A stretch of 13,153 nt of DNA from Promethearchaeati archaeon (GTDB lineage Archaea > Asgardarchaeota > Heimdallarchaeia > JABLTI01): positions 1-13,153 of the forward strand of contig JABLTI010000074.1 of NCBI GenBank assembly GCA_013166835.1, given 5' to 3'. Positions 7,875 through 13,153 of this stretch are shown piece by piece (within the stretch, counting starts at the first letter, position 1; the number at the start of each line of letters is the position of its first letter). The notes below the pieces were generated by a model. It worked only from the letters and a program-made list of their open reading frames with translations, was not told the DNA's origin and searched no databases. Both the position numbers and the translations under genes were made by a program.

Positions 7875-8329
7875 AAATACTGGTTAAAGTGTTCCTCAAA
7901 TCTTTGTAAGAACAGTTTTTCTGCTGCATTTACAATCCAGAGTTGAAAGAATACAATTACAAGTAAACCTATGAGTAAACCAGTTCTTACATTTGGATAT
8001 ATATCAAGTGCAGACATTGTAACAATGGAAACCAGATAAAGTAGAGACCAAATTAGATTAACTAACCAAATTCTAGTTCTATCAAAGATAATTGTGCAAC
8101 TAACATGATTTTCTGATTTTTGAATTCTCAATCGACCAGCAACGAGAAATCCTCGATAACTACCAATATCAATAAATCCTTGTGGAATTAGTGCCCATGC
8201 ATTTCCTTTCTGAAAATGTGTGTGATTCTCTTCTAGTGTTTTAGTTTTGTATTTATTACTTGTAAAGTAAAAAGAAATAAGTTTAGTTAATTCTTCATGT
8301 GTAATCCCATAGAAACTGTAATGTGTCAT
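7871..8329 (-). CDS. Hypothetical membrane protein (soluble N-domain plus two C-terminal TM helices)
   Basis: 152-aa ORF with GGAGGT at 8334-8339 before the ATG and two hydrophobic segments. Its stop overlaps the convergent sulfotransferase stop (CTAG, 7871-7874). Confidence 0.75.
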   Translation of the reverse strand: MTHYSFYGITHEELTKLISFYFTSNKYKTKTLEENHTHFQKGNAWALIPQGFIDIGSYRGFLVAGRLRIQKSENHVSCTIIFDRTRIWLVNLIWSLLYLVSIVTMSALDIYPNVRTGLLIGLLVIVFFQLWIVNAAEKLFLQRFEEHFNQYF

Positions 8330-8434
8330 AACAACCTCCGAAATAAGTAAGATATTGAATCTTAAAAGAATTCTCTAACAAAATTATTTTTGTATCAGAA
8401 AACTAATTATTTCACCTAAAACATTACTAATCTA

Positions 8435-9196
8435 TTGGGCGGAGAATTTACATTAGTGATTAAAATGAATACTTCTCAAGAGGAAATAAGCTGTACCTGG
8501 CAAGATGAAAGCAATTGCATTGAGTGTTCATTAGATGAGAAACTAATTTGTAGATATAATAAGAAACAATGGCAATATTTGATCTCAACTCTTATTCCTT
8601 GGACTTTACTTGAGGCCGGAGGACTAATATTCATTGGATTCGTACCAGGAAAATGGTGGCCTTTAATCACATACAGCGGAGTAACTATTGCATTCTTCTT
8701 TTTAGGAATAAAATCCTATGTTCTGTGTTCACACTGTCCCTTCTATGCAGAAGAAGGAAAAATCTTGCATTGTCCAGCAAACACTGGTTTACCTAAATTC
8801 TGGAAATACCGACCAGGTCCAATGAATACTTTTGAAAAGATTATTCTAACAACTTTCTTCTTCTTTCTATTCACTTGGGGTTTGGGCTGGGAAATATATG
8901 GTATTTACTTTGCAGCAAAAAATTTTGGTTTTTCGAGTTTAGCATTTACATTGAGTTTGTCTGTTGTAACTTTGTTGACAATTGCTACTTTAACTCGCTT
9001 CATTGTTGTGTTACAGAAAGATTTCTGCCCTTATTGTCCGAATTTTTCATGTCCAATGAACAGAGTTTCTAAGAAAATTATTGTAGAGTATCTCGAGAAG
9101 AATCCCAAAATGAAAGAAGCATGGGAGAAAAAAGGATTTGTAATAATTAAACCAATAAAAACTCCAGAGAACGGGGAAGAAAAATCCGATGAATAA
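8435..9196 (+). CDS. Cys-rich hypothetical membrane protein (about 4 TM)
   Basis: Cys clusters CTWQDESNCIEC..IC, CSHCPFY..LHC and CPYCPNFSC flank two TM hairpins. The likely start is ATG 8465 or GTG 8456. Confidence 0.8.
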   Translation: MGGEFTLVIKMNTSQEEISCTWQDESNCIECSLDEKLICRYNKKQWQYLISTLIPWTLLEAGGLIFIGFVPGKWWPLITYSGVTIAFFFLGIKSYVLCSHCPFYAEEGKILHCPANTGLPKFWKYRPGPMNTFEKIILTTFFFFLFTWGLGWEIYGIYFAAKNFGFSSLAFTLSLSVVTLLTIATLTRFIVVLQKDFCPYCPNFSCPMNRVSKKIIVEYLEKNPKMKEAWEKKGFVIIKPIKTPENGEEKSDE

Positions 9197-9815
9197 ATCG
9201 CTATTCTTTGAAATACTGAACCCTATTCTATTGATGCCTGAAGCAGAAAGACAAGTCATTTACTATGTAATTTCAGGGGTTATTGGTGCGGTTGGGATTA
9301 TCGGTGCTTTGAGTGTTTATTTCTTAACTAAGAAAAAGTGGTTTGATTATCAAATTAGAAAAGATGAATCTGAAAGATCAGGTGTAAGCTTTATAGAGAA
9401 ACTAAAAGTGAGATCTAATTTAATTCTGTTTGTGGTTTTTCTGGTAGTTATTCTATTCACAATTACTGCTCTTCCTTTCATTATCAGTCCTGATAATCTT
9501 AGAGATATCTGGATACAAATCGGTTTATTTGGACTCCTTGGATTGGGAACACCTGCTGCTGTTATTATATTAATTATAATTTATAGGGAAGAATTATTGG
9601 AATTTGGAACTATCTATTCAGAAGAGGAACCATTAGTTAGTTGGTTTAATTTTGGATTAGTTATTTTAGGAATTTCTTTACCTTTTGTTTGTTTAGCTTT
9701 AATTACTCTTTATCGGAAGCAAATTTCTAAATGGAAACAGTTATTATTCGTTGTCTTGATGTTGGGTATTATTGCTATGTGGTTTACACTAGCAATTTGG
9801 TCAACGAAAGCATAA
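9189..9815 (+). CDS. Hypothetical integral membrane protein (about 5 TM)
   Basis: 208-aa hydrophobic ORF overlapping the upstream gene by 8 nt; no motif recognised. Confidence 0.75.
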   Translation: MNKSLFFEILNPILLMPEAERQVIYYVISGVIGAVGIIGALSVYFLTKKKWFDYQIRKDESERSGVSFIEKLKVRSNLILFVVFLVVILFTITALPFIISPDNLRDIWIQIGLFGLLGLGTPAAVIILIIIYREELLEFGTIYSEEEPLVSWFNFGLVILGISLPFVCLALITLYRKQISKWKQLLFVVLMLGIIAMWFTLAIWSTKA

Positions 9816-9833
9816 CAAAAAGGATTTGAAATC

Positions 9834-10394
9834 ATGAGTATCTTCTCCAAAGTTGCACATAGATATGATAACTTCGTGGGTAAATTCAACTTAGACGATT
9901 TACTCGAGTATTTACCTCTTGATTCTGAGAATATACTTCTAGACCTTGGTGGGGGAACAGGAAGAGCTGCAGAACAATTGCAAGATCATGTGAATGAATG
10001 TATTGTATTAGACCCATCTTATGAAATGTTATTAGAAGCAAAAAAGAAAACTGACAGATTTCTGAATATTCAAGCAGTTGGAGAAGCTTTACCGTTCCGT
10101 GATAATTCCATGAAACAAATCTTTCTCAATGATTCATTCCATCATATTAAGAAACAGAGAGAAACCTTAGAGGAAAGTTTCCGAGTGTTGAAACCAGGTG
10201 GTAAATTAATCATTAGGGAATTCGATAAAAATTATTTCTGGAACTTATTTCTTAGATTCGCAGAATTCATTGTTGGTTTTGGAAGCAAATTCTATTCGCC
10301 AAAAAACCTAGCAGCTATTTGTGAGGAAATTGGGTTCCAGACCTCCTGGGAAAGACCTAACAGAAGCACTTTCATTTTGATAGCAGAAAAATGA
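9834..10394 (+). CDS. Class I SAM-dependent methyltransferase (UbiE/MenG-like, Methyltransf_11 type)
   Basis: FSKVAHRYD, motif I LLDLGGGTG, LDPSYEML, EALPFRDNS, SFHH and RVLKPGGKLII. Confidence 0.9.
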   Translation: MSIFSKVAHRYDNFVGKFNLDDLLEYLPLDSENILLDLGGGTGRAAEQLQDHVNECIVLDPSYEMLLEAKKKTDRFLNIQAVGEALPFRDNSMKQIFLNDSFHHIKKQRETLEESFRVLKPGGKLIIREFDKNYFWNLFLRFAEFIVGFGSKFYSPKNLAAICEEIGFQTSWERPNRSTFILIAEK

Positions 10395-10396
10395 CA

Positions 10397-11356
10397 TTAG
10401 TACTGATTTATTATCTCATCAAATAGTTCTTTGTCAATATTTCCCCCAGATATAACACAAACAACTACTTTGTCCTTAAATTTCTCAGGATTGTCTAGTA
10501 TAGGAGTAATTGCCATAGCTCCAGAAGCTTCAGTAACGAATTCCTCATTTTTCCAAATTACAGATATTGCTTTCTTTATTGTTTCCTCTTTTACTACAAC
10601 AATTTCATCAACAAAATCTTTAGTAATATCAAAAGTTATTGAATCCTTTTCTATACCTCCCCAAACACCATCAGCTACAGAATCATACATTTCTATATCA
10701 ATGATTTTTCCTGCTTTAATTGATTCATACATTGTAGGACATGCTTCTGTTTGAATTCCAATTACTTTGGCATTCGAATACACATCTTTTGTTGCAATTG
10801 CAATTCCAGAAATCAAACCCCCACCACCAATTGGTACTAATATTGAATCAACATTTTGTAATTCTTCATAAACCTCTAATATAATAGTACCTTGCCCTGC
10901 AATTATTAATTCATCATTATATGGAGAAATCCAAGTTCTATTTTCTTTTTCAGCGAGCTCTAATGCTTTCAATTCAGATTCATCATAATTGTCTCCAAGT
11001 AAAACAAGTTCGACATTATATTTTCTTATTTTATCTAGTTTATTTTTTGGAGTATTTGTGGGTACAATAATTTTTGCTGATATGCCTAGTTTCTCAGAAC
11101 TTAAACCTATAGCTTGAGCATGATTTCCAGAAGAAGCTGTAATAATTCCTTTCTCTGCTTCATCCTTAGAGAGATTCAGAAGCTTGTTAAATGCTCCTCT
11201 AACTTTAAATGAGCCAGTAATTTGTAGACTCTCTACTTTTAGATAAACATTCCCTTCACATAAAGTACTTAAATAATATGACCTAAAGACAGGAGTCTTT
11301 CTAATATAAGGAGAAATTCTATCTCTTGCTAAATGGATTTCTTTAGGATCAATCAT
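10397..11356 (-). CDS. PLP-dependent serine/threonine ammonia-lyase family protein, short form without a regulatory ACT domain
   Basis: KVESLQITGSFKVRGA (PLP lysine), ASSGNHAQA, AGQGT, PIGGGGLISG and SGGNID; ends at 319 aa. Confidence 0.92.
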   Translation of the reverse strand: MIDPKEIHLARDRISPYIRKTPVFRSYYLSTLCEGNVYLKVESLQITGSFKVRGAFNKLLNLSKDEAEKGIITASSGNHAQAIGLSSEKLGISAKIIVPTNTPKNKLDKIRKYNVELVLLGDNYDESELKALELAEKENRTWISPYNDELIIAGQGTIILEVYEELQNVDSILVPIGGGGLISGIAIATKDVYSNAKVIGIQTEACPTMYESIKAGKIIDIEMYDSVADGVWGGIEKDSITFDITKDFVDEIVVVKEETIKKAISVIWKNEEFVTEASGAMAITPILDNPEKFKDKVVVCVISGGNIDKELFDEIINQY

Positions 11357-11395
11357 ACTTCATACATTACACAATTTCAATAATGAATGTTTTCT

Positions 11396-11418
11396 AAAGA
11401 AAAAAAAGAAGAAAAAGG
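11396..11418 (-). terminator. Oligo-T (archaeal-type) terminator after the MFS gene
   Basis: The minus strand reads CCTTTTTCTTCTTTTTTTTCTTT a few nt after the TAA at 11424-11426. Confidence 0.55.
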
Positions 11419-11423
11419 AATGC

Positions 11424-12713
11424 TTAGGTTTTTGCGTAAGCATCCAGATCTTTCAAAAAGATGGATAATACTATCCCCACTACAAAGAGAACTGCAATGA
11501 CGATTATGTTAATGAACATTAGACTACCACTTGGATTGAATATATCTGTTACCATAATACAAGCAAGCAAAACAATTCCACTTATTTGTCCAATCCACAT
11601 CATAATGCCATTTGATGTTTCCTCGGGAAGCGGGTGAGTAATTTCCGCAGCGTAAGTTAATCCAACTGGTAATGCAGAGACTAAAAAGAATCCTAGGAAA
11701 AACGAAATAGCGAATCTCGCAGGGTCACTTTGGATAAAGTAGAGCATCGGTAAAAGAATTGCACCGGCAACCAAAGCCATAATTAAGAAAGGTTTTCTTT
11801 TCTGGAAGTGATCGGATAAAGTTGAAAATAAAAGAGCACCAACCGTACCTCCGCCAATTATAAGAGCACCAATAATTCCAGGTTGTGGTTCACCAATTGG
11901 ATAATCAAAAATAACATCTAGAACAGCTGATATTGCATTAAATGCTCCGGCTCCAATTAGGATAATTACAAAGAGTAAATTGAAGTCTTTTTTCTTGAAC
12001 ATAGATCTTGTTCCTTCTACTGCTAAAGCTTTTGTTTTATCAGCGTAAGCATTTGGAGGAGTTGGCGGTTTATTGCGTACGAATATCAAGTATAAAACCA
12101 TTGATACCAATGCTACTATACCAAAACCCCATGTTATCCATGTTATTGCATAATCTACACCTTGATTTTTTACAACAAGTGGTGGGACAAGAAAAGCAAT
12201 TAAAACACCGATAAACATAGACATGGTACCTAAACCTGACGCCATTGTTTTTTCACTTTGTGGGAACCAAGCAGAGGCAAGTTTGGTAAAGGAATTCAAA
12301 ACAAATGGTTGACCTATTGCACACATAACTTGGAAAACAAATAACAGCCAATAGTTTGGACCCATAAGAGCAAATACTCTCAAGAAACCAAAAACACCTG
12401 TTAGAATAACACCTATACCAGTACCCCACTTTAATCCAAACTTATCGATTACCCAACAAGCTAGAAAGTTGACTGGGATGTATATTACCAAGAAGATTAA
12501 TGCAAGTAAAACAATCAACAATTCATCAACAGCAAAAAAACCAGCTGATTCATCAATTATCGTTCCATAAGTTACCCATACTAATTGGGTTACTGCACCA
12601 ACGAGCATAAAAAATATGAGAACAACCCAGCGGTATTTATACGCTTTATATTCTGAATCAATCGGTGCATCAATATCATTACTGACTTTAGAATTAACAT
12701 CCAAATTAATCAA
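11424..12713 (-). CDS. MFS transporter, FLVCR/SLC49-like
   Basis: About 12 TM; YKYRWVVL, IDKFGLK (motif A region), GQPFVLN..KLASAWFPQSEK, PPTPP and AEITHPLPEETSNG. The start is TTG 12713 or TTG 12704, with AGGAG at 12716-12720. Confidence 0.9.
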   Translation of the reverse strand: MINLDVNSKVSNDIDAPIDSEYKAYKYRWVVLIFFMLVGAVTQLVWVTYGTIIDESAGFFAVDELLIVLLALIFLVIYIPVNFLACWVIDKFGLKWGTGIGVILTGVFGFLRVFALMGPNYWLLFVFQVMCAIGQPFVLNSFTKLASAWFPQSEKTMASGLGTMSMFIGVLIAFLVPPLVVKNQGVDYAITWITWGFGIVALVSMVLYLIFVRNKPPTPPNAYADKTKALAVEGTRSMFKKKDFNLLFVIILIGAGAFNAISAVLDVIFDYPIGEPQPGIIGALIIGGGTVGALLFSTLSDHFQKRKPFLIMALVAGAILLPMLYFIQSDPARFAISFFLGFFLVSALPVGLTYAAEITHPLPEETSNGIMMWIGQISGIVLLACIMVTDIFNPSGSLMFINIIVIAVLFVVGIVLSIFLKDLDAYAKT

Positions 12714-12992
12714 ATCTCCTGTAATAATATGCCAAACTTTCTTGTAAGTCGCTAGAGAATTAAAAAAGGTTCCTCTGAAAAAAGAGGTCCGAGCTTTATA
12801 TTCAATAAAGATATCTTTTTAAGTAACCTCCTTGCATGTCAACACGTATACTATATATGAAACAAAAAGAGGAAGGTAGCTAATTTTTATCAGAATAAAT
12901 TTAGTCATATTTATTTATTAAGATTTTAATTGTAACTTCATGGTTTTTGTTTTGATTATAGAGTATAACAAATAATATGGTGAAAATAAAAA

Positions 12993-13151
12993 ATGAGTAG
13001 ATACGGTAACTACGACAGACCACCAAGAGAAATGCACAAGGTAACTTGCGCAGATTGCGGAAACGAAGCAGAAGTTCCCTTCAAACCAGATGGCGAACGA
13101 CCTGTATACTGTCAAGATTGTTACAAAAAACGAAAACCAAGAAGATATTAG
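12993..13151 (+). CDS. CxxC-x17-CxxC domain small zinc-ribbon protein (52 aa)
   Basis: Manual translation: MSRYGNYDRPPREMHKVTCADCGNEAEVPFKPDGERPVYCQDCYKKRKPRRY*. It has exact CxxC-x17-CxxC spacing with VPFKP..RPVYC, and GGTGA at 12979-12983. Not in the ORF track. Confidence 0.93.
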   Translation: MSRYGNYDRPPREMHKVTCADCGNEAEVPFKPDGERPVYCQDCYKKRKPRRY

Positions 13152-13153
13152 GA

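Noticed and set aside
8476-12214. ORFs 8476-8670 (-), 8875-9072 (+), 9047-9259 (-), 10431-10754 (+) and 12008-12214 (+)
   Set aside because: Short alternate-frame or antisense ORFs inside stronger genes.
12918-13115. 65-aa minus-strand ORF
   Set aside because: Shadow of the + strand CxxC-x17-CxxC gene.
1-13153. CRISPR array, tRNA/rRNA, transposase or integrase, long DNA repeats
   Set aside because: None seen by eye. Intergenic gaps are short and AT-rich, and the only repeat-like similarity is between the two VOC paralogs.

Overview
AT-rich, gene-dense window that looks archaeal: TATA-like boxes, GGAGG/GGTGA ribosome-binding sites and oligo-T terminators. The gene content suggests an Asgard-type archaeon, which is inference. 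It holds 15 supportable CDS: a divergent sucC/sucD-like ATP-grasp acyl-CoA synthetase pair (alpha subunit cut by the window edge and absent from the ORF track); a UbiA prenyltransferase fused to a Cys-containing N-terminal domain; two tandem VOC paralogs; a lipoyl-less E2-type acyltransferase; an NTF2-like protein; a radical SAM protein followed by a Stf3-like sulfotransferase whose 5' end is interrupted by an in-frame TAA; three unknown membrane proteins, one with 10 clustered Cys; a SAM methyltransferase; a short Ser/Thr dehydratase; an FLVCR/SLC49-like MFS transporter; and a 52-aa CxxC-x17-CxxC protein also missed by the ORF track. I saw no RNA genes, CRISPR arrays or mobile elements. The most speculative lead is a loose set of enzymes that could make a modified (sulfated, methylated or prenylated) lipid or quinone.
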